Source: Tubulanus polymorphus (lineage: Eukaryota; Animalia; Nemertea). From it: a stretch of DNA of 64,000 bases. Positions 24,949 through 37,313 of the stretch are shown here, piece after piece. The notes under the pieces are model-generated. The model was not told where the DNA came from. It saw only the letters and a list, made by a program, of their open reading frames with translations, and did not search any database. Made by a program: the position numbers and the translations under genes. Location: assembly GCF_964204645.1 (NCBI RefSeq), contig NC_134026.1, positions 30,290,150-30,354,149 of the forward strand. The letters run 5' to 3'. Each line of letters begins with the position of its first letter. Position 1 is the first letter of the stretch.

Positions 24949-27039
24949 GAGGATATTTTAGCGTTAACACCAGTTTTAATTACCCCACTGTTTTCTTGTT
25001 ATTGAAAGTAACATCACTAGTTATAGAATAGATGATTAGGTTTTTTATTGTTCGATGAACTTGCAGTTAATTAGATTGATTAATAATACAATACTCTCAG
25101 GTCATTGAAACATAATCTTTAATGTTATCTTAATTTTAGGGATCTAGGGTTTTACGCTGAAATAGATTATAAATGAATGAAACAATGGAATTTTAAATCA
25201 GTATTTTTTCGTTACTGTTAGAGAACTTTTTTTTAGTTTTTAAGCTTTTCACTTTTTGGTGTCTCTAGATTCTAGTTTTTTTTCTAAAATATTGTTGAAA
25301 TTTTGTTGTGTTTTTTAATCGATTTTAAGCTTAAGTCCCAGCAGGCTAGTGTATTCGCTTTTTATCCGTTGTTCGACTGGCAGAATAGTATCAAGATGGC
25401 TGACTGGTAGCCATTCTTGTTCGGCACTTTTACACAGTTTAGAAGTTTTTAAGGGAGGTTTCAAAGATTTCTCCAACATTTGATGTTTGATACCGATATT
25501 TATCCCCCATCATTATTAGAAATATTGGGTTGCTTTAACTTACAGTCATGATGTTTGATAATTGTTAGCATTGTCATAGGACACCACTTACATGGAATCA
25601 TTCTTACCCCATTTTCTATTCTTCCCATCAGAGGTATTGAATTCATACAAATTAAATATCTAAATTGTCAGATTGTCAAGCATTTCACCGAGTGGGCATG
25701 GTGTCCCTGCACCTCTAGTTTATATCTTTTTTCACTGCTTTCAAGGTTCTCGTACACATTTCATATTTACATGCAGCTTTTTCATTCGATATATATCAAT
25801 GCCATCCTCACTTGCCAGGTTTTAATTGTCGTCTGCCGAAGCTCATGCCAAGACAAACCCTGGTCGAAAACTCTTCATTGGTCTATTACGTTGTTCAAGA
25901 TTGCTTGGGTAGTCAGGTTGCCACTGAGAGGCCACCAGTCTATATATCTAGCCAATCAGATGCATTGTTTTTCGCCGGCAGATTTGCTACACATCTGATT
26001 GACTAGATGTAAAGACTAGTGGCCGCTTAGCATCAACCCGTCAACCGAAGATATCTTGGAGAACGTAAGATACCAATTAAGGGTTTGCCACCAGGGTTTG
26101 TTTAAGCGTGAAATTCGGTGGGCGACAATAAAACCCTGGTGATTGAGGATGTATCGATGTACATATGAACACACAAGAAGCCAAACATAATAGGCGGCAT
26201 TATTATTGGGAGGTGCACCTGGCCTAATATATCGCGCGGTAAAAACCACTCTATCCGTGGTTGTGTAGTACCAGTAATTGATGATCATCGAGTGAGTGAT
26301 TGGGCTGGCCCAGTTATTCCATTCTGAAATCACTTGGGTTCCGATTATGATTGACAAATAATATAAAATATTTCATCAAATTGATCGACACATTTTATCC
26401 GTACTTGTACATGTTGTAAATTTATAAATAGCTTTTTATTTGTATATATTTTTTTTTTTTAATTGATTTTGATTTCTACTAGTAAATATTTTTAGATATC
26501 TTTTTAACTTAAGATTTTAATGATTATTTAAACATTTCAAATATAATCTTAAATTTTTAATTTTCTAAACTTCATAATATCTATACATCAAATCTATTTC
26601 AGTGCAAATAAATTTTGATAAAGATTTAATTGATAATTAATATTTTTAATTCTATTGAATAATTTTAATATTCAAAACAACAGAATGAATGCATTCAATC
26701 TTAGTTTGATACTGATATCACTTGTTGCATCTATTGTTTTAACGAGATTTTAACCTATAAGTTTGGAGCATTGATATTATTTCATTGCATTAGTCCCGCC
26801 TCCTCATTTATGGCTGATGGTTGATTTCAGATTTTCAGCTTCTGATAACATTAATATTAATTCAATGCTACGTTATGTTTTGTTGTTTTATTTCATATGA
26901 ACGTTTTCAAAGATGACTTTTTGTCGAATTGATATTTGGTAGTGCAGAGGTTGAGATAATCATACAATTTTATAGAATTGTCTAAAATACTGTACCTAGT
27001 AACATATAAGTAGTATTGCTAGTGTACCTCTATTTTCAA

Positions 27040-27790
27040 GTTGTCCTGTGGTACGACGTTAAACTGCCTCATTTTAACAATACGTTTTATCAGTGATTTT
27101 TATCTGTTTGTCCTGTGGTACGACGTTAAACTGCCTCATTTTAACAATACGTTTTATCCATACATTTTATCAGTGATTTTTATCTATTTGTCCTGTGGTA
27201 TGACGTTAAACTGCCTCTTTTTAACCGTTTTTATCCATATGTTTTATTGTTTTTACCCATATGTTTTATCGTTTTTATCACCCCTTCTTTTTCTACCTTT
27301 CTCTATCCTTTCCCTCTCTGTCTCTATCCTTTCCCTCTCTGTCTCTATCCTTTCCCTCTCTGTCTCTATCCTTTCCCTCTCTCTATCCTTTCCCTCTCTC
27401 TCTCCCTAACCCACTAACTCTCTTCTTCTTTTTCTAACCCACTAACTCTCTCCCTCTTTCTCTAACCCACTAACTCTCTCTTCCTCTTTCTTTAACCCAC
27501 TAACTCTCTCCTCTCTCCTTTCTTCCTCTCACCCCTCTCCTTCATCCTTCCTCCTCTCTCCCTCCTCTCTCTCTCACTCTCCTCTCTCTCTCTTTCGCTC
27601 TCTTTCTCTCTATCTTGTAAATATTGTAAATTTGTAAATAGTAGTTTTTATTTCTCTTGTAAATATTGTAAATTTGTAAATAGTAGTTTTTATATCTCTT
27701 GTAAATATTGTAAATTTGTAAATAGTCGTTTTTATTTCTCTTTTTAATTTTCTTGTAGATATTGTAAATTTGTAGATAGTAGTTTGTTTT
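27040..27790. repeat. Composite low-complexity tract: short direct repeats, CT-rich microsatellite, ~42-bp AT-rich repeat
   Basis: tgtcctgtggtacgacgttaaactgcctc x3; (ctatcctttccctctctgtct)n; (tcttgtaaatattgtaaatttgtaaatagtagtttt..)n. Confidence 0.9.
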
Positions 27791-27908
27791 TTTCTTTTTT
27801 CATAATTTTCATCGGATCTCACTTTATTCAATACAACAGAATGAATGCATTCAATCTTGGTTTCAAACTATTACTTTTCACATACATTCGTAGCATTGAT
27901 ACCATTAC

Positions 27909-28610
27909 GTTGCAGTTCACTCCATTGGTTGCAGCTATGAACAATCATCTAATTGATTGTGCATACTTTCCCTTCACTGGTTTGAAATATAGTTTCCCCT
28001 CACTGGCTGAATTTCACTTGATTGGTTGCAGCTATGAACAATCATCTCATTGATTGCGCATACTTCCCCCTCACTGGTTGCAGTTCACTCCATTTGTTGC
28101 AGCTATGAACAATCATCTAATTGATTGTGCATACTTTCCCTTCACTGGTTTGAAATATAGTTTCCCCTCACTGGCTGAATTTCACTTGATTGGTTGCAGC
28201 TATGAACAATCATCTCATTGATTGCGCATACTTCCCCCTCACTGGTTGCAGTTCACTCCATTTGTTGCAGCTATGAGCAATCATCTCATTGATTGTGCAT
28301 ACTTCCCCATCACTGGTTGCAGTTCACTCCATTTGTTGCAGCTATGAACAATCATCTCATTCATTGTGCATACTTCCCCATCACTGGTTGCAGTTCACTT
28401 GATTGGTTGCAGCTATGAGCAATCATCTCATTGATTGTGCATACTTCCCCATCACTGGTTGCAGTTCACTCCATTTGTTGCAGCTATGAACAATCATCTC
28501 ATTGATTGTGCATACTTCCCCATCACTGGTTGCAGTTCACTCCATTGGTTGCAGCTATAAACAATCATTTCAATGATTGTGCATACTTCCCCTCACTGGT
28601 TGCAGTTTTC
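27909..28610. repeat. 71-bp satellite, about 9 copies, some with longer variants
   Basis: The motif gctat(g/a)a recurs at 28270, 28341, 28412, 28483 and 28554. Confidence 0.95.
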
Positions 28611-29554
28611 AGCTTTGGTTTGATGATGATAAATGCTGGTTTTATCATTGGCTCTACGCGAACAGTTATCAAAATGTTTGAAGCCTTTGCCAGACGTCGT
28701 GTGGATTCGATGTCTCTAAGAAAAAGCTAAAAGGGTTTCGATTGGAATAAAGTTTGTTTCCTCCAGCAACAAACGTCCATAGTCTAGAATAAACTGATTT
28801 ACGTTTGTAAAAAAGCTTTGATAGGTGTATGGCTACATTTCCTACAAGACTCCTCTCTCTCCTCTCTCATCACGAAATAAGTAAGACACAAATCTGAATA
28901 CAATGAAAGTGTGTAAATTACTGCTAAATCAATTAGTGGTGATAAAAGTGCTACAAAACACTGAAAGTTGGTGTCTTGAAACAATAATACATGTAATGAA
29001 AAATTGATAGATGTAATGATCTTGTGGTTTGTTCTACCTCCTTCCTCTGCTACGAGGTGATATATCGTGCCGTTTTTGTATACAATATCAAAATCATAGA
29101 CAATTAAAATGTCGTGGTGGCATGGCTTCTCCTTTTGTTCTCTATAACTCCCGGGAATGGCCTTGCTATGACATCAAACGAGTATCAAATACAGAAGATA
29201 CTCCTTTCATCTCCTTTTAAAACGGCAAATACTGTTGTTTGCTACTACGGCAAATACTGTTGTTTGCTACTGCATGTTGCTCATTCCACTCTGTTTAAGG
29301 GGTGGTATTGAGTTTTGGAGTCTCTTCTCCTTCCCTTGCCTTCTTGAATTGTCAAATAGATGTGACTTACAATACTGATTACTTCCTTACTTGAAAACGA
29401 CATGTTACTGATGCTTGCTATCATTCAACTCTGTTTTGGTTGTGATATTGAGTTTTAAACGTTGTGTTAGGTGTACATGCCTCCTCTCCTCTCTCTCCTC
29501 TCTCATCAACAATTAAATAAGACACTCATTGTTTGTATACATTTAGTTTTTTGC

Positions 29555-29845
29555 TGTGGTGATGAAAGTTAAGTGTTACAAAACACTGTGGGTGAATTAC
29601 TGCTAAATCAATTAGTGGTGATGAAAGTTAAGTGTTACAAAACACTGTGGGTGAATTACTGCTAAATCAATTAGTGGTGATGAAAGTTAAGTGTTACAAA
29701 ACACTGTGGGTGAATTACTGCTAAATCAATTAGTGGTGATGAAAGTTAAGTGTTACAAAACACTGTGGGTGAATGACTGCTAAATCAATTAGTGGTGATG
29801 AAAGTTAAGTGTTACTAAACACTGTGGGCGAATGACTGCTAAATC
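29555..29845. repeat. 59-bp satellite, left block, about 5 copies
   Basis: Unit gttacaaaacactgtgggtgaattactgctaaatcaattagtggtgatgaaagttaagt. Confidence 0.97.
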
Positions 29846-31190
29846 ATCACTGATGACCTCCTACAATACTGCTGCTTGCTGCTGGATGTTAATTGATACA
29901 CTCTGTTTAGGGGTGATATTGAGCGCAGGAGTCTCCTCCTTCCTTCTTCAACTGTCATGTAGAAACGTGACAAACAAACTGAATTGTCAGTTTGTTACAA
30001 CACTGATGACCTCCTTTAATACTGCTGCTTGCTGCTGGTGCGTGTTAATTCTTACCTCCTTCCATGAACTTCTTGAATTATTACATTAAACATTATTACA
30101 ATAAAAATTATTACATTAAACATTATTACATCATGAATCATCCTCCTTAAATACTGCTGCTTGCTGCTGGCTCTGTTTTGGGGTGATATTGAGTGCAGGA
30201 GTCTCCTCCTTCCTTCTTCAACTGTCATGTAGAAACGTGACAAACAAACTGAATTGTCAGTGTGTTACAATACTGATGACCTCCTTTAATACTGCTGCTT
30301 GCTGCTGGGTGTTAATTCTTACCACCTTCCATGAACTTCTTGAATTATTACATTAAACATTATTACAATAAGAATTATTACATTAAACATTATAACATCA
30401 TGAATCATCTTCCTTAAATACTGCTGCTTGCTGCTGGCTCTGTTTTGGGGTGATATTGAGATCAGGAGTCTCCTCCTTCCTGCTTCAACTGTCATGTAGA
30501 AACGTGACAAACAAACTGAATTGTCAGTGTGTTACAACACTGATGACCTCCTTTAATACTGCTGCTTGCTGCTGCGTGTTAATTGATACACTCTGTTTTG
30601 GGGTGATATTGAGCGCAGGAGTCTCCTCCTTCCTTCTTCAACTGTCATGTAGAAACGTGACAAACAAACTGAATTGTCAGTGTGTTACAACACTGATGGA
30701 CTCCTTTAATACTGCTGCTTGCTGCTGCGTGTTAATTAATACACTCTGTTTTGGGGTGATATCGAGTGCAGGAGTCTCCTCCTTCCTGTTTCAACTGTCA
30801 TGTAGAAACGTGACAAACAAACTGAATTGTCAGTGTGTTACAACACTGATGACCTCCTTTAATACTGCTGCTTGCTGCTGGGTGTAAATTCTTACCACCT
30901 TCCATGAACTTCTTGAATTATTACATTAAACATTATTACAATAAGAATTATCATATTAAACATTATAACATCATGAATCATCCTCCTTAAATACTGCTGC
31001 TTGCTGCTGGCTCTGTTTTGGGGTGATATTGAGATCAGGAGTCTCCTCCTTCCTGCTTCAACTGTCATGTAGAAACGTGACAAACAAACTGAATTGTCAG
31101 TGTGTTACAACACTGATGACCTCCTTTAATACTGCTGCTTGCTGCTGGGTGTTAATTAATACACTCTGTTATGGAGTGATATTGAGTTTT
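29846..31190. repeat. 153/267-bp composite satellite, left block
   Basis: gaaacgtgac anchors are spaced 270, 267, 153, 153 and 267 bp; long units carry a ~114-bp insert. Confidence 0.95.
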
Positions 31191-31199
31191 GGCGAGTTT

Positions 31200-32443
31200 T
31201 GTTTCCTGGTCGTCCTTATTGCGACTTTACGTTTTAAATGTATAAATATTCAAAACAGCTATCCATCGATAGCTTTGTGGTGGTTGAATCATTGAAATGT
31301 CGCTGGTGTTGGTACTTTGTATACATTGTAATATATTTCGGTGAATTGGGATTGATTATGTTTCCTGATCGTCCTTATTGCGACTTTACGTTTTAAATGT
31401 ATAGATATTCAAAACAGCTATCCATCGATAGCTTTGTGGTGGTTGAATCTTTGAAATGTCGCTGGTGTTGGTACTGTGTATATATTGTAATATATGTCGG
31501 TGAATTGGGATTGATTATGTTTCCTGATCGTCCTTATTGCGACTTTGCGTTTTAAATGTATAGATATTCAAAACAGCTATCCATCGATAGCTTTGTGGTG
31601 GTTGAATCTTTGAAATGTCGCTGGTGTTGGTACTGTGTATATATTGTAATATATGTCAGTGAATTGGGACTGATTATGTTTCCTGATCGTCCTTATTGCG
31701 AATTTACGTTTAAAATGTATAAATATTCAAAACAGCTATCCATCGATAGCTTTGTGGTGGTTGAATCTTTGAAATGTCGCTGGTGTTGGTACTGTGTATA
31801 TATTGTAATATATGTCGGTGAATTGGGATTGATTATGTTTCCTGATCGTCCTTATTGCGAATTTACGTTTAAAATGTATAAATATTCAAAACAGCTATCC
31901 ATTGATAGCTTTGTGGTGGTTGAATCATTGAAATGTCGCTGGTGTTGGTACTTTGTATACATTGTAATATATTTCGGTGAATTGGGATTGATTATGTTTC
32001 CTGATCGTCCTAATTGCGACTTTACGTTTAAAATGTATAAATATTCAAAACAGCTATCCATCGATAGCTTTGTGGTGGTTGAATCTTTGAAATGTCGCTG
32101 GTGTTGGTACATTGTATATATTGTAATATGTGTCGGTGAATTGGGATTGATTATGTTTCCTGATCGTCCTTATTGCGACTTTACGTTTTAAATGTATAAA
32201 TATTCAAAACAGCTATCCATCGATAGCTTTGTGGTGGTTGAATTATTGAAATATCGCTGGTGTTGGTTTTGTGTATATAATGTAATATATGTCAGTGAAT
32301 TGGGATTGATTTTGTTTCCTGATCGTCCTCATTACGACTTAACGTTTAAAGTATATAAATATACAAAACAGCTATCCATCGATAGCTTTGTGGTGGTTGA
32401 ATCATTGAAATGTCGCTGGTGTTGGTTCATTGTATATATTGTA
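31200..32443. repeat. 159-bp satellite, about 8 copies
   Basis: Repeating ORF starts lie 636 bp (4x159) apart. Each unit has an agctatc..gatagct inverted repeat. Confidence 0.97.
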
Positions 32444-32542
32444 TCAGCAAATTATTATCACATTATTGATTTTAAAAGTGATATACTCAAATATGCTATT
32501 GTTTGATAGCTTCATTTTGGTTCCTTGCAACTGAAAGTTGTT

Positions 32543-33450
32543 AACTGTCATGTAGAAACGTGACAAACAAACTGAATTGTCAGTTTGTTACAACACTGAT
32601 GACCTCCTTAACTACTGCTGCTTGCTGCTGGGTGTTAATACACTCTGTTTTGGGGTGATATCGAGTGCAGGAGTCTCCTCCTTCCTGTTTCAACTGTCAT
32701 GTAGAAACGTGACAAACAAACTGAATTGTCAGTGTGTTACAACACTGATGGACTCCTTTAATACTGCTGCTTGCTGCTGGGTGTTAATTAATACACTCTG
32801 TTTTGGGGTGATATCGAGTGCAGGAGTCTCCTCCTTTCTTCTTCAACTGTCATGTAGAAACGTGACAAACAAACTAAATGGACAGTGTGGTACAACACTG
32901 ATGGTCTCCTTTATTACTGCTGCTTGGTGCAGCGTGCTAATTCTTACCTCCTTCCCTTAACTTCTTGAATTATTACATTAAACATTATTACAATAAAAAT
33001 TATTGATTTAAACATTATAACACCATGAATCATCCTCCTTAAATACTGCTGCCTGCTGCTGGCTCTGTTTTGGGGTGATATTGAGTGCAGGAGTCTTCTC
33101 CTTCCTTCTTCAACTGTCATGTAGAAACGTGACAAACAAATGGAATGTCAGTGTGGTACAAGACTGATGACCTCCTTTAATACTGCTGCTTGCTGCTGGG
33201 TGTTAATTAAAACACTCTGTTTTGGGATGATATTGAGTGCAGGAGTCTCCTCCTTCCTTCTTCAACTGTCATGTAGAAACGTGACAAATCAATTGAATTG
33301 TCAGTGTGTTACAACACTGATGGACTCCTTTAATACTGCTACTTGCTGCTGGGTGTTAATTCTTACCTCCTTTCCTGGACTTCTTGAATTATTACATTAA
33401 ACATTATTAAAATAAAGATTATTACATTAAACATTATTACATCATGAATT
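32543..33450. repeat. 153/267-bp composite satellite, right block
   Basis: Same unit and orientation as 29846-31190; spacings 149, 153, 267 and 152 bp. Confidence 0.95.
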
Positions 33451-33482
33451 ATTACATAATTACATTATTAAATTACACATTA

Positions 33483-34727
33483 TGTTACAAAACACTGAGG
33501 GTGAATTACTGCTAAATCAATTGGTGTTGATGAAAGTTAAGTGTTACAAAACACTCTGGATAAATTACTGCTAAATCAATTGGTGGTGATGAAAGTAAAG
33601 TGTTACAAAAGACTCTGGATGAATTAAGGCTAAATCAATTGATGGTGATGAAAGTTAAGTGTTACAAAACACTGTGGGTGAATTACTGCTAAATCAATTG
33701 GTGGTGATGAAAGTTAAGTGTTACAAAACACTGTGGGTGAATTACTGCTAAATCAATTGGTGACAATGAAAGTTAAGTGTTACAAAACACTGTGGGTGAA
33801 TTACTGCTAAATCAATTGGTGGCGATGAAAGTTAAGTGTTACAAAACACTGAGGGTGAATTACTGCTAAATCAATTGGTGGTGATGAAAGTTGAGTGTTA
33901 CAAAACACTGAGGGTGAATTACTGCTAAATCAATTGGTGGTGATGAAAGTTTAGTGTTACAAAACACTGTTGGTGAATTACTGCTAAATCAATTGGTGGT
34001 GATAAGAGTCAAGTGTTACAAAACACTGAGGGTGAATTACTGCTAAATCAATTGGTGGTGATGAAAGTTAAGTGTTACAAAACACTGAGGGTGAATTACT
34101 GCTAAATCAATTGGTGGTGATGAAAGTTAAGTGTTACAAAACACTGAGGGTGAATTACTGCTAAATCAATTGGTGGTGATGAAAGTTAAGTGTTACAAAA
34201 CACTGTGGGTAGATTACTGCTAAATCAATTGGTGGTGATGAAAGATAAGTGTTACAAAACACTGAGGGTGAATTACTGCTAAATCAATTGGTGTTGATGA
34301 AAGTTAAGTGTTACAAAACACTGAGGGTAAATTACTGCTAAATCAATTGGTGGTGATGAAAGTTAAGTGTTACAAAACACTGAGGGTGAATTACTGCTAA
34401 ATCAATTGGTGGTGATAAGAGTCAAGTGTTACAAAACACTGAGGGTGAATTACTGCTAAATCAATTGGTGGTGATGAAAGATAAGTGTTACAAAACACTG
34501 AGGGTGAATTACTGCTAAATCAATTGGTGGTGATGAAAGTTAAGTGTTAAAAAACACTGAGGGTGAATTACTGCTAAATCAATTGGTGGTGATGAAAGTT
34601 AAGTGTTACAAAACACTGAGGGTGAATTACTGCTAAATCAATTGGTGGTGATGAAAGTTTAGTGTTACAAAACACTTTTGGTGATTTACTGCTAAATCAA
34701 TGGTAGTGATGAAAGTTAAGTGTTAAA
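33483..34727. repeat. 59-bp satellite, right block, about 21 copies
   Basis: Same unit and orientation as 29555-29845, mostly the actgAggg / caattGgtgg variant. Confidence 0.97.
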
Positions 34728-35083
34728 ATTGAGATTTAGTGATCCCTCCCTTCCCCTCTTGAATTGTCAAGTTAATTGTGACATAAACTGAATTGTAAGT
34801 GACTTAAGGCTGGGGTGATATTGAGGTTTATTGCCTTCCCCTCCTTTCCCTTCTTGAATTGACAATTAAATTTTGACATAAACTGAATTGTTAGTGACTT
34901 GATTATATTACTCCACTTAAGGAGTGATAAAATTGTCGGCGTCTAAACTCTGATGATGAGGTAAACCAGCTTCTAAGTCTGTGAGCCGACAGTGTAAAAA
35001 ACTGTTAGAATTCAAATTACTTTAAAGATCTTCAGAAAGATGGTCGATCATCGTAAACACTGGTGAAAACAATTGACTTCTCA

Positions 35084-35228
35084 ATTTGCACTTGACGTCC
35101 CAATTTACACTTGACGTCTCACTATGCACTTGACATCCCACTTTGCACTTGGCGTCTCACTCTGCGCTTGACGTCTCATTTTGCACTTGACGTCTCACTC
35201 TGCACTTGACGTCTCAATTTGCACTTGC
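35084..35228. repeat. ~19-20-bp minisatellite containing TGACGT (CRE half-site)
   Basis: (tgcacttgacgtctcactc) x ~7. Confidence 0.85.
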
Positions 35229-35559
35229 ACCGACGCATCAATTGCACTAAACAGCACTGGCAGACCCGCGGGTCCATGCGCATGGTTAGCAAATTGATCA
35301 GCATGCAGCATGCCATCTTTGTGTGTGGAAAGAATTTACAAACAGCTGTGATTTTAAAAATAAGGAACGTATTATTTGTATCATTCCTTGTAAAATCTCA
35401 AATAACGATTATGTAAAGATAAACATAATATCAATTTTATGATGGTAAAAATATCAAAATGTCAAATAATTAAATATCAATTTGTAAAACGAGAGGAAAG
35501 AGAAAGATGAAAGTACCAGAAAGAAAAGTGTTGGATTGGTGTCTGTTGTCAGTAGAAAT

Positions 35560-37310
35560 CTGAGGTACTCTACTGAGGAATCTCCACTCCCCAAACAGAG
35601 AGTTCAAGATGATACTGAAAGTTCCTGAGGTTCCTAGAAATTTCACTAAGTAAAGACTTTAAATTAGGTATAGTATAAATTGCTATGAATTTCGTTATAG
35701 CTAAGAATGTTCTCAACTAGGACGGTAAGTTAGTATTACGTGTATTTCATATTTCCCTTTTGTAGCGTGTATTGATTTGGTCATCTAGTACAAAATACCA
35801 AACGACTGACAGGAAACAGGATTGTTCCAGTTGTCGTTGAGAAATATTTAAGGTGTCATGAGTCTGAATTGACTATAAATCAGGTAAAATTGTACTTGAT
35901 ATGAACTTCTTTGCAGGAACAGTCGACTTAAAGATGGTTATGTTTATTTTATGTATTTTTGTTGTAGCCTCCACGCCCCAAACAGAGAGTTCAAGATGAT
36001 ACTGAAAGTTCCTGAGGTTCCTAGAAATTTCACTAAGTAAAGACTATAAATTAGGTATAGTATAAATTGCTATGAATTTCGTTATAGCTAAGAATGTTCT
36101 CAACTAGGACGGTAAGTTAGTATTACCTGTATTTCATATTTCCCTGTTGTAGCGTGTATTGATTTGGTCATCTAGTACAAAATACCAAACGACTGACAGG
36201 AAACAGGATTGTTCCAGTTGTCGTTGAGAAATATTTAAGGTGTCATGAGTCTGAATTGACTATAAATCAGGTAAAATTGTACTTGATATGAACTTCTTTG
36301 CAGAACAGTCGACTTAAAGATGGTTATGTTTATTTTATGTATTTTTGTTGTAGCCAGTGGACTGTTGTTGTTAGAGACGCTCAAAACCGGAGGAAAGGAA
36401 ACATCAGAGTTCAGGAAGTGTTGAGGAAATTCCTCAAGGTCCGAGTCATGAATCTGAATTGACTATAAATCAGGTATAATTGAAATTTATTTTGAAGAAG
36501 AGTCTCAAAAATGATATCATAATTCATATTTTGTGTTTTATCATTGTAGTATTGAGCTTGTGGTTGGCCGTAAAATATCAGACGACAGGAAAAGATCAGA
36601 TCAGAGATGCTGACAAATTTCTCCGTCAATTCGGGACTTCTTTCAGTGTTTGTACCCAGAAATCGAAGTACTCTGGGGAATCTCCACATCAAACAGAAAG
36701 TTCAAGAAGATACGAAAAGTTACTGAAGTTCTGAGCAATTTCTCTTCTATGTCATGTGACTAGATTGACTATGAATCAGGTAAAATTGAACTTAGGAATT
36801 TCTTTGCAGGAACAGTCGACTCAATGAAACTGGTTACTTTTATGTATTTTTGTTGTAGCCAGTGGACTGTTGTTGTGTGGTAAGAGATGTGCAAAACCAG
36901 AGGAAAGGAAAATATCAGAGTTCTGGAAGAATTGAGCAAATTCCTCAAGGTCCGAGTCATGAATCTGAATTGACTATAAATCAGGTAAAATTGAATGAAT
37001 TTTGTTTTTATGAAGAGTCTTATGAATGAAAATCATAGTTTATTTAGTACATTGTTGTTGTAGTTAGTATTGAGTTAATCGTCACACAATACCAGATATC
37101 AAGATGGAAACGATACCGATGATGCAGATCAATTTCCTCATGAAAAACCTAAGTGGCATGTGTCTGAATCTACTTAAAAGCAGGTATAATTGAAATTTAT
37201 TTCAAAGAAGTCTCAAAAATGATATCATTATTCATATTTTGTGTTTTCACATTGTAGTACATGTATTGAGCTTGTGGTTGGCTGTAGAATATCAGACGAC
37301 AGGAAAAGAT
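35560..37310 (+). pseudogene. Array of tandemly duplicated, mostly decayed exon+intron units; includes a near-exact 387-bp duplication
   Basis: The end motif gactataaatcag|gt or a variant recurs 8 times, each followed ~75-100 nt later by a T-rich ..tgtag acceptor. One copy (36859-36984) is an open 42-codon phase-0 exon. Confidence 0.55.
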
Positions 37311-37313
37311 CAG

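Larger units (their letters stand above)
23294..26386 (+). ncRNA. Candidate long hairpin-RNA locus (inverted repeat with an intron-split left arm)
   Basis: Left arm 23294-23516 plus 25777-25962, loop 25963-25991, right arm 25992-26386. The fold-back is seen directly; transcription is inferred. Confidence 0.5.

Noticed and set aside
25555-26357. Tail-to-tail pair of protein-coding paralogues
   Set aside because: Amino-acid identity between the arms is similar in the two frames compared (about 50%), as expected from nucleotide identity alone; the starts are TTG and one frame has stops. A coding ancestry is not excluded.
30450-33400. Cys-rich repeat proteins from the 153-bp units
   Set aside because: No promoter, signal peptide or consistent frame across units; 149- and 152-bp units break the frame.
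29846-33450. Hammerhead ribozyme in the 153-bp unit (CTGATGA ... GAAAC ... GT)
   Set aside because: Both core words are present, but no stem II closes between CTGATGA and GAAA, stem I is only 3-4 bp, and the cleavage position is usually G.
24278-34727. CRISPR-like arrays
   Set aside because: Units are near-identical over their full length with no unique spacers; the context is eukaryotic and there are no cas genes.
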